A DNA stretch of 64,000 bases, from positions 3,534,001 to 3,598,000 of the forward strand of contig CAKKNE010000006.1 of assembly GCA_918797485.1 (NCBI GenBank), written 5' to 3'. The translations under genes and the position numbers were made by a program. The DNA is from Pelagomonas calceolata (taxonomy: Eukaryota). Every line of letters starts with the position of its first letter. The first letter of the stretch is position 1. The notes under the pieces were generated by a model that was given only the letters and a program-made list of their open reading frames with translations, was not told the origin of the DNA and did no database searches. Positions 1 through 10,714 of the stretch are shown one piece after another.

Positions 1-47
1 GCGCGTTCCGAGCGCGCGCGATGTGCGTAGCATAAGAAAAGAATTAC

Positions 48-994
48 TCACCAAGGCCGCGTCGACGCCACCGCGCGAGACGCGGCCGTCGCCTCCGTCC
101 GCATCGACCCGCGCGACGCGACGGAGCCACGAGACATAAGGGACCGGTCGTCGCGCCATTGCGCCATGACCGCGTTGCCCTCCTCCGCGTCCTCAGCCAC
201 GGAGTATTTTGAGAGCGTCGCCTCGAGCAGCTCCTCGTCGCCCGCGCCGCTCAAGACCGACCGCAGCTCCGGCTCCCGCAGTCCCACACGACTGGACCGT
301 TTTCCGGCGGCGCGCTTCTGCGCGCGTCTATCCCTTGATAAGTCAGTAGACCTCGCGAAGAGCTTGGGCTTGCCGCCCTTGCGGCCCTTCTTCGCCATCG
401 CCGCCTCCGAAGCCCGCGTCGCGGCGTTCACCTGGGCGCGATACGGCCCGAGGTCGGCCCACTCCTTCTTGTGCGGCACGGGGAACGGGTTCGTCATCTC
501 GTTCGCGCCTGCGTTTGTCAAAGGTGGCGCGGGGGAGGCGAACTCTCGACGACTCGTCGCGGCGACGGCGTGGCGAGCTCTCGAGGTGCCAGCACGCCAT
601 CGACGCGATCCTTTCGGGACGTGTGGAGTACGCTCGACGACGTCTCGTCAACGTCCGCGCCGTCGCGCAGACACGGGTACGGATTCGGACGCCGCCGCGC
701 GCAGTGGTACCTCCCAGCTACGGACGTCGTGGAGGCGAAGTGGGCCGAGGCGTCGTAGGCGGGCCGGCCGTCGTAGGCGCCCTGCGTGTGCTTCGTGTCC
801 CACTGCAAATGGGACGAGCCGAGCAGCGACTTCATCGTGTTTCCCGATTCGTTCTGTCGAAACAGCTGCGACTGGCGCACGCAGGGTCTCGAACCGAGCT
901 GATTGCCCTGGTTCTGGGTCGCGGCGCTGGGGTCGTGCCAGTGGCCGGCCATCTGTTCCGGCGCCTGCTCGATGGCGTGCAGGGCCTCCCGAGT
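48..994 (-). CDS. Hypothetical spliced protein; exon boundaries and 5' end uncertain
   Basis: Two GC3-rich minus-strand segments (~48-508 and ~700-994). Acceptor-like TGACAAACGCAG ends at 509 and CTAACCCTTCAG lies near 995. The intervening DNA carries the intron motif at 593-607. Confidence 0.45.
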
Positions 995-1355
995 CTGAAG
1001 GGTTAGATTGCCCCGCAAAAGTGGTCGACGACGGGTCGCAGCTAGGCGCGTCGTGGTCCGCCGGGGCAGCCGATTCGTCGGTCGCGGAGAGGGCGCCTGT
1101 TACTGAACCTGTGGGCTGCCCGCAGCGCTGAATCGATAATCTGATAGCGTCGACACACATACTAGCTTAACCGAGCTTCGGCAAAGCTCGAACCCGCACG
1201 CGCTGCTCCCTGCGCATGCTCAGAGGTCCTGCCTGGGGCGGCCAACTCATCAGCCAGGCGTATGTTAACAAAAGACGGGCCTCCGCCAGATACCACGAGC
1301 CCTCCCCCTAACGCCGACGACGAAGGAAAGCCGCACATACTTTCACAATCAATTA

Positions 1356-2078
1356 CTACAGCTCCCCCGCGTCGAGGTCGATGACGTCCTCCTCGCCGTC
1401 GTCCTCCCCGACCGCGTCGTCGACGGCCTCCTCCTCCACAACTTCCTCCTCTTCCGGCGGCGGCGGCGGCGGCTTCGACGCCTTCTTCTTCGGCTCCGGC
1501 GGCGGCCTCCGGTCAGATAACAAAGTAGGGAACTTCGCCGCCAGTCGCAATACGAGCTGCGCGAACTTCGAAGGCGTGTCCGCCTTTATCAGCAGTTCGT
1601 CGACCTTCGACACGTCACCGTCGTACCGCTTATAAATATGAGATAAAGTCTGCCGCCGCCGTTCCTCGGCGTCCTTCCGACCTTGACACATACACGCCTT
1701 CTTCTGCTCTTCACTATGCCAAGAACAGCCGCCGCGCCAGGGCCAGTCGCTCCCGATCTTCCCGTCTTTCAGGCACTGCTCGTGTTCGTCAAAATCGTCG
1801 ACCTCGTCGCACTCTTTCACATAACACTCGTCGAAGGCTTTCTTACAAAGTTCTTCCGTGATACCACAAATGGTAGCGCAGGCGTCCCGCTCGGCGCAGC
1901 ACTTCGCTAGGTGTGGGGACGCGCCCTCCGGGCAGGCGCCAGTACCTCGAGGCGCGAAGTACGGCGACCGCGGTGCGGGATCCTTTCTTCCATAACATTT
2001 GAACTTCTTGCAGGGCTTGGGCTTCGTCTCGACCTTGACCTCCGCCGTCGCCAGTGCTACTACGAGGGCGAGGCGCAT
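1356..2078 (-). CDS. Secreted Cys-rich protein resembling group XII phospholipase A2; probably non-catalytic
   Basis: Signal peptide MRLALVVALATA; CCAERDACATICG...C...F..C pattern; acidic tail ending in DAGEL (ER-retention-like). Confidence 0.55.
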   Translation of the reverse strand: MRLALVVALATAEVKVETKPKPCKKFKCYGRKDPAPRSPYFAPRGTGACPEGASPHLAKCCAERDACATICGITEELCKKAFDECYVKECDEVDDFDEHEQCLKDGKIGSDWPWRGGCSWHSEEQKKACMCQGRKDAEERRRQTLSHIYKRYDGDVSKVDELLIKADTPSKFAQLVLRLAAKFPTLLSDRRPPPEPKKKASKPPPPPPEEEEVVEEEAVDDAVGEDDGEEDVIDLDAGEL

Positions 2079-2778
2079 CGCTGGCATCCTGCCGCGTGGA
2101 GGCTGCATTCTGCAGCTGGTTTACCGCTGCAAATGTTATAGCTTGCACCGCTGCGCGGCGGCGTCGGCGACACGCGGAGGATGAATGCGACTGCAGCGCC
2201 TGATGCTACCGCTGCAGAACGCCAATTGCTTGCACCGCTCGGCGGCGTCGTTCGCGACACGCAAGACGATGAATGCGTAATTACTGGCAGTTGCAAGCGC
2301 CGGACGGCGGCGCTCTGCACAAGTGCCACAGCAAGGCAGCAGTCCTGAGCAATCGACCGCATGGATGGAAAGGCGTCGCCGTGCGCTGCCGGAGGAGTCC
2401 TCGGAGCGAGCTAGAGGTGTTCTGTGCGCAAAACGAATTAGCAGTTTTGGCAGGCTGGCTGCTGAAAAACAAATGCCTTGCACCGGCTGAATTGCTGCCG
2501 CGCGACCACAAGGAGTCGCGGCGCGACTCGCCAGAGTCTCGGGACGTTCGCAAGAGCCAGCTGCGCGCAACTGCTCCCGCGCAACGAGCTGTAACCCAAC
2601 CTGAGCAAGGCAGCCACAAAGAGCAGCAGCAGAGCTCGCAGCGTAAAGCGCCGCCGACGCAGAAAAGATGTCGCGCCCCGCCGCGAGATCGCCGGCGTCC
2701 CTCGGCGCCGGCGCGCGACGGGCGCCGCCGCCGTCCACGGCATGGAGCCCCAATACGATAGTAAACGCTGTCAAAAGA

Positions 2779-4530
2779 ATGGCGTCGCGCGACGAGCGCG
2801 AGATGCTGCCGCTCATCGATGCTGGTAGGGCGTCGTCCTTCGACGACAGGACAGACCGACCTGTGCCGTCACCCGCCTCGCTCCGGAAGCGGCTCGAGAT
2901 CCGCCAACCCAAGCCGAAGAAGAAAGATGGTAGGTTCGGGTTATATGCGCAGTACTTCGCGGTGGGCGTCGTCTACGGCGGCCTCCTCCAGACGATGTAC
3001 GGCTTCTTCCTAGGATACCTCAACGTCGACGCGTATGCTTATGCCGCAGCCACGACGGTCGTAGCTCTACCCTGGTCCTTCAAGTTCGTGTTCGGTGCGA
3101 TCAATGATGTGTGCCCCATCAACGGTGAGAGAAGACGACCGTACATCGCGCTGGGCTGGGCGTTCTGCGCTATTGCTTTATGGTTTTTAACGATGATGCC
3201 GCTACCCGAACCCTACTGGTGCATCGATGATCAATCAGGAAGGTACATCACGACCGCAAGGCATCGGCACGACGGCGTGAAGGTGGCGGCCGAGCCGTGC
3301 AATAGTAACGCACCGTTAGCTGGAGGACCCTTCGCGTTGGCGATGATGGTGGCGTCGTTCGGCTATTGCGTTTCTGACGTGGCCGCCGATGGGTTGACCG
3401 TCCAACTCGCCAAGAAAGAAGTTGAAGAGAGGCGGGGCCAGACGCAGACGTCGGTCTATTTAGTTAGAACGATTGGAAACATCTTCGCGGTGGCCTTTGT
3501 GGGCCTAGGCATGAACTCGCGGGAATATAATGGTTCGTTCAACAGAGGATTGTCCTTCTCGTGGGTCATGGGCGCCTTCGCGTTGTTAGCTACGGCCATG
3601 GTCCCCATCTCACTACTATTCGTGAAGGAGCCCTCTCTCAGTGTACAGCCGTTGTCGACGACGGACGCCACACCAAACTTAAGAGCGAGAATCAGTCGAA
3701 GAGTGACGTGCGAGCAGTACCGGAAGAGCGTCTGGCAGCTATTGCGGTCGAAGGCCATGTTCTACTGCGTCTGCTACCAGTTCCTGACGCCGGTCATCGG
3801 CGCGGTGTATACGACCGCTTCCCCCGAGGTGAAGCAGCACTGGGCCCACGTGCGGTCGCTGCAGAACTCCCTGTTTTCGTTGGTCGGATTAGTCGTTTTT
3901 TCCTGCGGGTTGTGGCTCGTGAAGAAAAGGCTCTTACATCGGTCGTGGCGGGAGCTTACCTTGGTCACGACCATATTCCTCAACGTCATTGACATGCCCT
4001 TCAGCTTCTGTACGATCTACGACATCGTGCGAGACCCCTACTTCTATTTAGGAGAAACGGTCCTGCAAGGCATCCCGGACGCCGTGAATTTCGTCGTTTC
4101 TACCTTTGTGATTGTGGAGATGGCCGAGGGCGGCGACGAGGGCATCGTCTACGGTTTATTGACCACGACCTATAATGTCGGCGGTCCCTTCGCTTCGGCC
4201 ATCTCGAACCAGCTCTTTGGGTTATTTGAACCGAAGTTGTCAGATCCGAAGAACTATGTGGAAGACCGACCGACGTTCCGGAACACGGTAGCTTTATCTT
4301 TTGTCGTGACTTATGCCGCGGCGTTTTTGTCATTGTTGACTTTGCCGCTGTTACCTAGGCAGAAGGCGCAAGTCCAGCAGTGGAAGCGCGACTGGCCTCG
4401 AAAAGACGCGTATGCGTGGGCGTCGTTGACCATCCTCGTCGTTGGTTTGGTCTACTCCTGCGCGCTGAACGTGCTGGCCGTGCTTCCTTCCACGATGTGC
4501 CTGGAGGTCGTCGGCGGGGAGGGGTGCTGA
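2779..4530 (+). CDS. BT1 / folate-biopterin family MFS transporter
   Basis: Many transmembrane segments; motifs LPWSFKFVFGAIND, RRRPYIALGW, DVAADGLTV, EGIVYGLLTT. Confidence 0.85.
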   Translation: MASRDEREMLPLIDAGRASSFDDRTDRPVPSPASLRKRLEIRQPKPKKKDGRFGLYAQYFAVGVVYGGLLQTMYGFFLGYLNVDAYAYAAATTVVALPWSFKFVFGAINDVCPINGERRRPYIALGWAFCAIALWFLTMMPLPEPYWCIDDQSGRYITTARHRHDGVKVAAEPCNSNAPLAGGPFALAMMVASFGYCVSDVAADGLTVQLAKKEVEERRGQTQTSVYLVRTIGNIFAVAFVGLGMNSREYNGSFNRGLSFSWVMGAFALLATAMVPISLLFVKEPSLSVQPLSTTDATPNLRARISRRVTCEQYRKSVWQLLRSKAMFYCVCYQFLTPVIGAVYTTASPEVKQHWAHVRSLQNSLFSLVGLVVFSCGLWLVKKRLLHRSWRELTLVTTIFLNVIDMPFSFCTIYDIVRDPYFYLGETVLQGIPDAVNFVVSTFVIVEMAEGGDEGIVYGLLTTTYNVGGPFASAISNQLFGLFEPKLSDPKNYVEDRPTFRNTVALSFVVTYAAAFLSLLTLPLLPRQKAQVQQWKRDWPRKDAYAWASLTILVVGLVYSCALNVLAVLPSTMCLEVVGGEGC

Positions 4531-4587
4531 TCCTCGTCCGTTGTTTTGTTGTTTATTTCGCTCGGTTTAACTTATCTATATATAATA

Positions 4588-5020
4588 CTACTTTGGCGCG
4601 TCGATGGCGTATGGGGTGTCCTCCTCAGCGCGCGACTGCCGCTCGACGAAGTCCTCGACGACCTCGATGAGTCCAAGGTTCAGGAACGTCGTCGGCACGA
4701 GGGCGAGCTCGAGGATGTTCAGCAGGCAGAAGAGCCCAAATACGCCTATTTCGAGCGGCACCCGGTCCAGGGCGCCCGCGGTTCCGGCCGAGAGCGCCGC
4801 CGCGTCGCGGAGGAGGATTTGCGACGCGAAGCTGACGAGCGACGACACGCTGAGCCACATGTTAAATTTGATCGACGCGGCGAAGTAGTCGGGTCCATCG
4901 GCCCCGAGCGGCCCGAAGAGCTCCTGGACGCGATTCGTCGTAGGTCGGTTGCTGCCGAACGTCTCAGTATATATTTTCTCGACGAAGCGCGTCGGCGGCG
5001 CCCAAGGCCAGGAGAGCAGT
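4588..5020 (-). CDS. Hypothetical membrane protein, 3' portion only; start or upstream exon not resolved
   Basis: Stop-free frame from ~5020 to 4588 with two hydrophobic segments; a promoter element lies upstream at 5156. Confidence 0.35.
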
Positions 5021-5155
5021 CTTCATTTTTTAATCAATAGCTCCACTCAGGAATCAAACGCGTCTCATCCGCGACGCATGTGGCATCGTATGGTCAATAA
5101 TACGCAAGAACTGATCGCGGAATGAGCAAGGAGGCGACAAAAGCTGGACCCGTGA

Positions 5156-5178
5156 GCTAGCGGCTGTAACACACTAGC
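5156..5178 (-). promoter_or_regulatory. CTAG-TGTCTTA-CTAG promoter element (variant GCTAGTGTGTTACAGCCGCTAGC)
   Basis: Matches the recurrent element; lies in the gap upstream of alanine racemase. Confidence 0.6.
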
Positions 5179-5426
5179 AGACAGGCAGCAAGCATTCTTG
5201 GAAGCAGCCGCTGACGGCACTGCTGCACATCCGGCGCTGCCAAGGCTCCCATAGCACTCATCGATCATCGTTAGCAAGTCCTACTTGCGCCACCACGCGT
5301 ACGGCCCCGCACTCCTCAAAAGCAGCACCCTGCTCCAGCAGCTGCCAGGCAAGCCATAGCGCTCCAGCTGTACGCCAGCCGACGTGCGCCCACACTCCTC
5401 AAAAGCAGCACAGCAGAGACAACATC

Positions 5427-7094
5427 ATGCTCACAACAAACACAAGCTACGAGAACGAAACGAGCCCCAAAAAGCCGTCATTACAGAGAGGCGCCGCGCA
5501 GCTGCGGGACGGCTGGCACCATTCCCGCTTTCAACCCTATTTGAAGATGCTCGCGCCGGCCATCGCGCCCGAGGCCACTCTATTAGGCACTGTAGCACCT
5601 AGAACGTGCGCGGAGATCGACGTCGGGGCGTTGATAAACAACGCCAAAGCTTGTAGAGAAGCCGCGGCGAAATCCGGCACGAGGGTCATGGCCGTGGTGA
5701 AGGCCGACGCCTACGGCCACGGCGCCGCCGTCGTCGCGCGCGTGCTGCACCGGCACTGCGGCATCGACTTTTTTGCCGTCGCCACATTGCCGGAAGCTTT
5801 AGAGCTGCGGGCCGCGGGTCTTAATGATGGTGTCCGCGTCTTGGTTTTGGGCGCCTCGGTCCCGTCGGAGTGGCCCGTCTACGCGCGCTTTGACTTGGAA
5901 ATGGTGATCGAGTCGAAGGCGACCGCCGATCGGCTGGCCGCTTTACAACCGCCACCGAAGCCCATCAAGGCGCACGTCATGCTCAACACGGGCATGAATA
6001 GGATAGGGCTGTCCACATTCGATAGTACGACAGAAACGCACGGTATTAAAAAAGTCGAGGAGTCGCGGAGCATCGGCACGCAGCCGTGTGGAATCCAACT
6101 TGTCACTGCGTCTGCTCGATGGCGTGGAGGCTCACGAAGGTTTCTCGCAATAACACAACTCACTCGTTGATTCCTCACAGGCAAGCAAGGGCTCCAGGAC
6201 CTGTTCAACGACCTGCCGCCCTTGCCGGAAGAAAGCGGGCAGACGCCGCCGCCGCGACCTCCTTTGAAGCGGAGCGGATCTGGAAGTTCATTGGGCTCGA
6301 CGGGTCGCCTCCAGGAGTACCACGGCATTCTCGTCGATCAAGCTGTCGATATTGTCGCCATGGTCGCCGCCGCACCAGCTGTAGAATTTGCTGGTTTATG
6401 TACGCACATGGCCGACGCGCAAGCTAATATCCATAGGTACACGCAGCGCCAGTTCAAACGGTTCCGGGATGTGGTGGACGCGCTGCGAGCGAAGAACGTC
6501 CCCGTGCCCTGCGTGCACGTCGAGAACTCCCAAACGTTACTAGATGCTCACGTCGGTCCCGAGAGAATGAGGAGATTAGTAGGTGATGGTGCTGGATTTT
6601 GTCGTGTAGGAGGCGCGCTCTACGGCCAACGGCACCACGATGTACTGAAACCTGTATTATCATTAAAGGCGCAGGTGCGGCATGTGCACCGCCTGGAAGC
6701 GGGCATGACCGTAGGCTACGATCGAAGCTGGATCGCGCCGCGGGATAGTGTAGTAGCCACTCTGTCGATCGGCTTCGCCGACGGCTACCCTCGATCGTTA
6801 TCAAATCAAGGCGTCGTCTACATCCGGGGCCACGAGTTTGTGGTGGCGGGCAAAGTTTGCATGGACATGGTGATGGTCGACTTAGGGGCCAAGGGCGGCC
6901 CCGGCGAATCGGTAAGGGTCGGCGACTACGCGACGCTGTGGGGGGATGGCGGGAACACGCTCGCGGCGACGGCCGATGGGTTGGGGACGGCGCAGTCGGA
7001 TTTGACGTGTGACTTATCTAGGAGGGTGGCGCGGCGCTACGTCAATTTGCCGCCGGACTGGCGGGCGCCCGAGGACCACTACGTGATCGCATAG
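5427..7094 (+). CDS. alr: Alanine racemase (PLP fold type III); exons 5427-6075 and 6181-7094
   Basis: VMAVVKADAYGHG PLP-lysine motif, NTGMNRIG, THMADA, IGFADGYPR, GKVCMDM. Removing GC-AG intron 6076-6180 joins the two frames. Confidence 0.9.
6076..6180 (+). mobile_element. Introner-like element forming a GC-AG intron
   Basis: Terminal inverted repeats CCGTGTGGAATC...GATTCCTCACAG (6084-6180), flanked by 8-bp near-duplication GCACGCAG / GCAAGCAA. The donor lies in the first copy. Confidence 0.75.
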
Positions 7095-7159
7095 CATGTT
7101 TCTTTCGGTCGTTCGCCCTTTAAATTTGTAGTACTGTTAGCCAGGGTCGGAGGAAGCGC

Positions 7160-8482
7160 CTAGTAGTCGCCGGTCTCGAAGCGCGCGAGGTGGTCTCCGG
7201 AGCCCGTGCTGGTGCGCGGCGCGGACCGCGAGGACCCGGTGCTCGACCGGTTGCGCGGCGTGATGCGCGTAGGATGTTCCGGACTGTGTGGAATCAACCA
7301 GTGAGTTAGGTTATCGCGTCGATGGCGTGGGGCGCCCGAAATTGATTTCCACACAGGTTCCGACGCGAGGTCAGAGGAGTCCTCGCGCTGGGCCGCGACG
7401 CGCGCCGCCGCGGCCCTTCTAGCTTGAGCTTGCTGCCGGCGGTGCTCGGGCGACGCGTACGACTCGACCGGCCCCGAAAGGGTCGGCGGCCCCTCGACCT
7501 GGTTGTGGCCCGTCCACTCGCCGTCGCCGAGCCACTGTAATAATGACAAGCGCTGGATGGCGTCGTCCAGGTGTCTTTCATCTCTAATCGTCGACCGACT
7601 ATCTCCAGCACGTTTATCAGCAGCAACCAACAGCCGTCGAGCCTGGACCAGTTCCTCCAACAAAGCCTCCTGCTCCGCCCGTCGCGCCGCCTTCTCCGCC
7701 GCGAGCTCCTTCTCCAACCGATCTATATCACTATGGGCTTCATCAATCCTCCCTTGAGCCATCGCCAGCACCGTGTCCATGGCGTGGGCCGTCTCGGCGG
7801 CCAGTTCCTCGGCGTACTCCGCCGCCGCCTCGGCCGCGTCGCAGCGGTCTTTGGTTTCTCTGAAGTCGACGTCGAGCTCGGCGTGGAAGATAGTAGTCGC
7901 GTCTTTCTCTTCTTTCGTCTCCTCGTCGTCCTCGGCCCAGCTCACCTTCTTCTCGACGGAGCCGCCGGACCTTGGCGTGGGCGGCTGGTCGTCGACGACT
8001 TGCCGCGCGGTGCGGAAGGCCGCGCGCGCGTTCGGACCATGTGTTGGTGGTTGCGGCGCCTCGTCGCCGAGCTCGGAGAAGCGAGATCGGCGCGGGCTGC
8101 CCGCGTAGCCGTCGTCGTCGTTAAAGTCGTCGACGGCGTCGTACTCCGCGTCCAGATCGACGTCGTCATCGTGGCGCATGGCCGCGAGCGGGTCCGCCGC
8201 GAACTCGGCGAGCGGCGACGCCGCGCGCCGCGGCTTGTCTCGACTAACAACGTAGGGCGGCGCCGGCGTTCGTTGAGGCGCGGCCGGCCCTTGCACGGAG
8301 ATGGACATGTCCGAGGTGCGCCGCGGCCGCACGCGGTGGACGTAGCCCTCATCTACGTCGTTGCTGTCGCGGCCGGCGAGATCATAATCGCCGTCTAATT
8401 CATCGTAATCCCCTCTGTTCGCCTGGATGGGCTCGGCGTAGTGGCGGCTCGTCGCCGATTGGGGCGGGCGGCCGCCCCTCAT
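7160..8482 (-). CDS. Hypothetical coiled-coil protein with probable in-frame intron 7284-7364
   Basis: 440-aa ORF with a coiled-coil segment (EELAAETAH...LEKELAAEK). Confidence 0.65.
   Translation of the reverse strand: MRGGRPPQSATSRHYAEPIQANRGDYDELDGDYDLAGRDSNDVDEGYVHRVRPRRTSDMSISVQGPAAPQRTPAPPYVVSRDKPRRAASPLAEFAADPLAAMRHDDDVDLDAEYDAVDDFNDDDGYAGSPRRSRFSELGDEAPQPPTHGPNARAAFRTARQVVDDQPPTPRSGGSVEKKVSWAEDDEETKEEKDATTIFHAELDVDFRETKDRCDAAEAAAEYAEELAAETAHAMDTVLAMAQGRIDEAHSDIDRLEKELAAEKAARRAEQEALLEELVQARRLLVAADKRAGDSRSTIRDERHLDDAIQRLSLLQWLGDGEWTGHNQVEGPPTLSGPVESYASPEHRRQQAQARRAAAARVAAQREDSSDLASEPVWKSISGAPRHRRDNLTHWLIPHSPEHPTRITPRNRSSTGSSRSAPRTSTGSGDHLARFETGDY
7284..7364 (-). mobile_element. Introner-like element forming an 81-nt in-frame GT-AG intron
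   Basis: Terminal inverted repeats CTGTGTGGAAATCAA / TTGATTCCACACAG (7284-7356). Flanks on the minus strand are GTCGGAAC / TCCGGAAC. Shares its 3' end with the element at 6084-6180. Confidence 0.8.
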
Positions 8483-8699
8483 TTTTGTTCACTTGTAGCG
8501 CTCCGCGGCGACGGCGTAGCGATTTCAAGCAGGGAGAGCCAAATGTAATTTTTTACCACTGTCCTCGTTATACCCGAGGCGGCCGCGGCGGCTCCAAATT
8601 GTACACGAGCGAGGCCACTACAAGAGCGCCAACGCGTGTGAGCGTGCGTTTTTTGCAATCAATAAGCCAAGCAAGCAAATGCGGGCAAAGCTTATGCTT

Positions 8700-8722
8700 C
8701 TAGTGTCTTACAGGCCGCTAGC
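8700..8722 (+). promoter_or_regulatory. CTAG-TGTCTTA-CTAG promoter element
   Basis: CTAGTGTCTTACAGGCCGCTAGC, midway between divergent ATGs at 8482 and 8953. Confidence 0.7.
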
Positions 8723-8952
8723 GATGCTCGCAAACGTCGAGGAACGATACCCCAGAAACAAAAAGAAGATCCCACGCGCTCGGATCTATCGTGCGGGGCC
8801 TTAGAAATCACAAGCTCCATCAGGAGAGGCTCTCAAAATCGAAGGCATTCATCGAGCTGCAAGATTGCACCAGGCGCTTGTGCAGCATCGGAGTAGTCCG
8901 CGAAGAGCTGCAAACGGAGTCGATCGCTGCGACGCCACCGCTGCGACCCAAA

Positions 8953-9921
8953 ATGGCTAGCTGGACCTCACGCCTCCTGGGCGCGCCGCGGTCCAAGTAC
9001 GACGAGCCCGCCGTTGATGACCTGATCGAGGACGCCCCGGCAGCCAACATAGGCTACACCCTGCAACTGATCCGGGGCGTGCCCCAGAACCCGCTCTTCG
9101 ACAGAAGTCAATTCGAGGGCATAATAGACCACTTCGCGACGAGGGACACGGACACGTACGTGTGCACCTACGTCAAGGCGGGCACGACCTGGTGCCAGCA
9201 GATCGTGACCCTACTCTTGAACGGAGGCGAGCAGGGCGCGAAGTCGTACGGTGAGACCGTTCCCTGGCTCGAGGCGTTGTGCGCGCCGCCGTCGACGCCC
9301 TTGGCGTCGCGGGAAGCGCCCGGCTTCGCCGACGTCAAAGCCGTCGACGCATGGGAAGGCCCGCGGTTCTTCAAGACGCACGCGACCGTCGCGGATTTAC
9401 CTCGAGGCAAAGCACAGGTGAAAGTCATCGCGGTCGCTAGGAACCCCAAGGACACGGTCGTTAGTTTATTCCACCACGCGTCCTCCAAACCGGAGTTTGA
9501 ATTTAGCGGGAACTTTGACGACTTTTTGCGAGTGTTCATGGCCGGCAACGCCGAGAACGGGTCCTGGTTCGCCCATGTGAATGATTGGTACAGAGAATCG
9601 AGAAAATCGGATCGGGTGCTCTGGCTGACCTACGAGGGCATGATCTGCGATCATGAGGGCGCGGTGCGCAAAATAGCTGCATTCTTGGGGTTAAATGTCT
9701 CTGATGAAACCGTGATGCGGACGGTAGCTCATTCCACAATTGATAGCATGCGCTCCAATAAAAAGGCGAACATCGGCTTGAACCATCTGCGGAAAGGCGG
9801 CATCGGGGGCTGGCGGGACACGTTCACTGTTAGTCAATCGGAGCTGTTCGACAAGGTGTACGCGAGGAAGATGGCGGAGTCCGGGTTGGTCTTCGACTTC
9901 GGGGAGGGGTTGGTCATGTAA
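8953..9921 (+). CDS. Cytosolic-type sulfotransferase (Sulfotransfer_1)
   Basis: 5'-PSB loop TYVKAGTTW, 3'-PB motif RNPKDTVVS, and RKGGIGGW. Confidence 0.9.
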   Translation: MASWTSRLLGAPRSKYDEPAVDDLIEDAPAANIGYTLQLIRGVPQNPLFDRSQFEGIIDHFATRDTDTYVCTYVKAGTTWCQQIVTLLLNGGEQGAKSYGETVPWLEALCAPPSTPLASREAPGFADVKAVDAWEGPRFFKTHATVADLPRGKAQVKVIAVARNPKDTVVSLFHHASSKPEFEFSGNFDDFLRVFMAGNAENGSWFAHVNDWYRESRKSDRVLWLTYEGMICDHEGAVRKIAAFLGLNVSDETVMRTVAHSTIDSMRSNKKANIGLNHLRKGGIGGWRDTFTVSQSELFDKVYARKMAESGLVFDFGEGLVM

Positions 9922-9931
9922 CTACAGTTTA

Positions 9932-10504
9932 TCACACACTAGTCTCGGAGTCGTTGCCGTCGCCCGGGATCACGCCCAGCGCCACGAGCTTCTCCACGAG
10001 CAGTTCTCGTGACGGCGCCTCGCCATTACCATCGAGGAGCTCTCTACCGATAAGCCTCGCGCGCAACTCGCCTCCAAAGTAGCCGAAGATTGCCGGCAGG
10101 GACCCGAGCTTTTCTTCAGGAACGCAAAACTTCGCCTCGACCCTTCGCAGCTCGCAGCCGCCCCTTCTACTGATGGGTATGCTCTCGAGGGCCTCGAGCG
10201 TCGCTTCACATTTCGGATTTGGGGGGTGGTCCAAGCTTACAAGGACCCACCGGTCGCTCGACGCGTCGACGACGAGTCGCCGCCAGGCCGTCGGGTCAAC
10301 CCTCAGAGCGCCGGGCGGCTTGTTTCTTCGTTCCGCCGCTTCGCGTAGTTCCGCCATGCGCGCCTGGCCGTAGGACTCCATCGGGGCGCCTGCTAATAAA
10401 GCTTCGTCGTCGCTCGACTCGTCCTCTTCTGCCATCTTGGCCGCCATGAAGTCGGCGCCGGCGTGGAAGGCTGCCAGGGTGTTGGGGCCCATCTTCTCGC
10501 CCAT
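9932..10504 (-). CDS. Phosducin-like (thioredoxin-fold) protein
   Basis: Acidic helix followed by Y..ARMAELRE, WVLVSL, C, LPAIFGY and LVALGVI, as in PhLP2-type proteins. Confidence 0.6.
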   Translation of the reverse strand: MGEKMGPNTLAAFHAGADFMAAKMAEEDESSDDEALLAGAPMESYGQARMAELREAAERRNKPPGALRVDPTAWRRLVVDASSDRWVLVSLDHPPNPKCEATLEALESIPISRRGGCELRRVEAKFCVPEEKLGSLPAIFGYFGGELRARLIGRELLDGNGEAPSRELLVEKLVALGVIPGDGNDSETSV

Positions 10505-10690
10505 CGTTGCAGCGCTGCGATTTTTGTGCTGCCTGCTGGAGACCTGCACCAGGCTTGCTCGTGCACTGTTTGCAATGAAATTTGCAGGTCAGCAGCGCGT
10601 CGCACGGCTGCGATCGTTCGTGCTGCGACAGAGCCTCAGTGCCTCAGTGCGGCGTACAGCAGATGCTGGCCCTGTCTTGCTGGCTGGCTT

Positions 10691-10714
10691 GCTAGTGTCT
10701 TACAGGCCGCTAGC
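10691..10714 (+). promoter_or_regulatory. CTAG-TGTCTTA-CTAG promoter element
   Basis: GCTAGTGTCTTACAGGCCGCTAGC, identical to the 8700 copy over 23 bp; between divergent genes. Confidence 0.7.
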
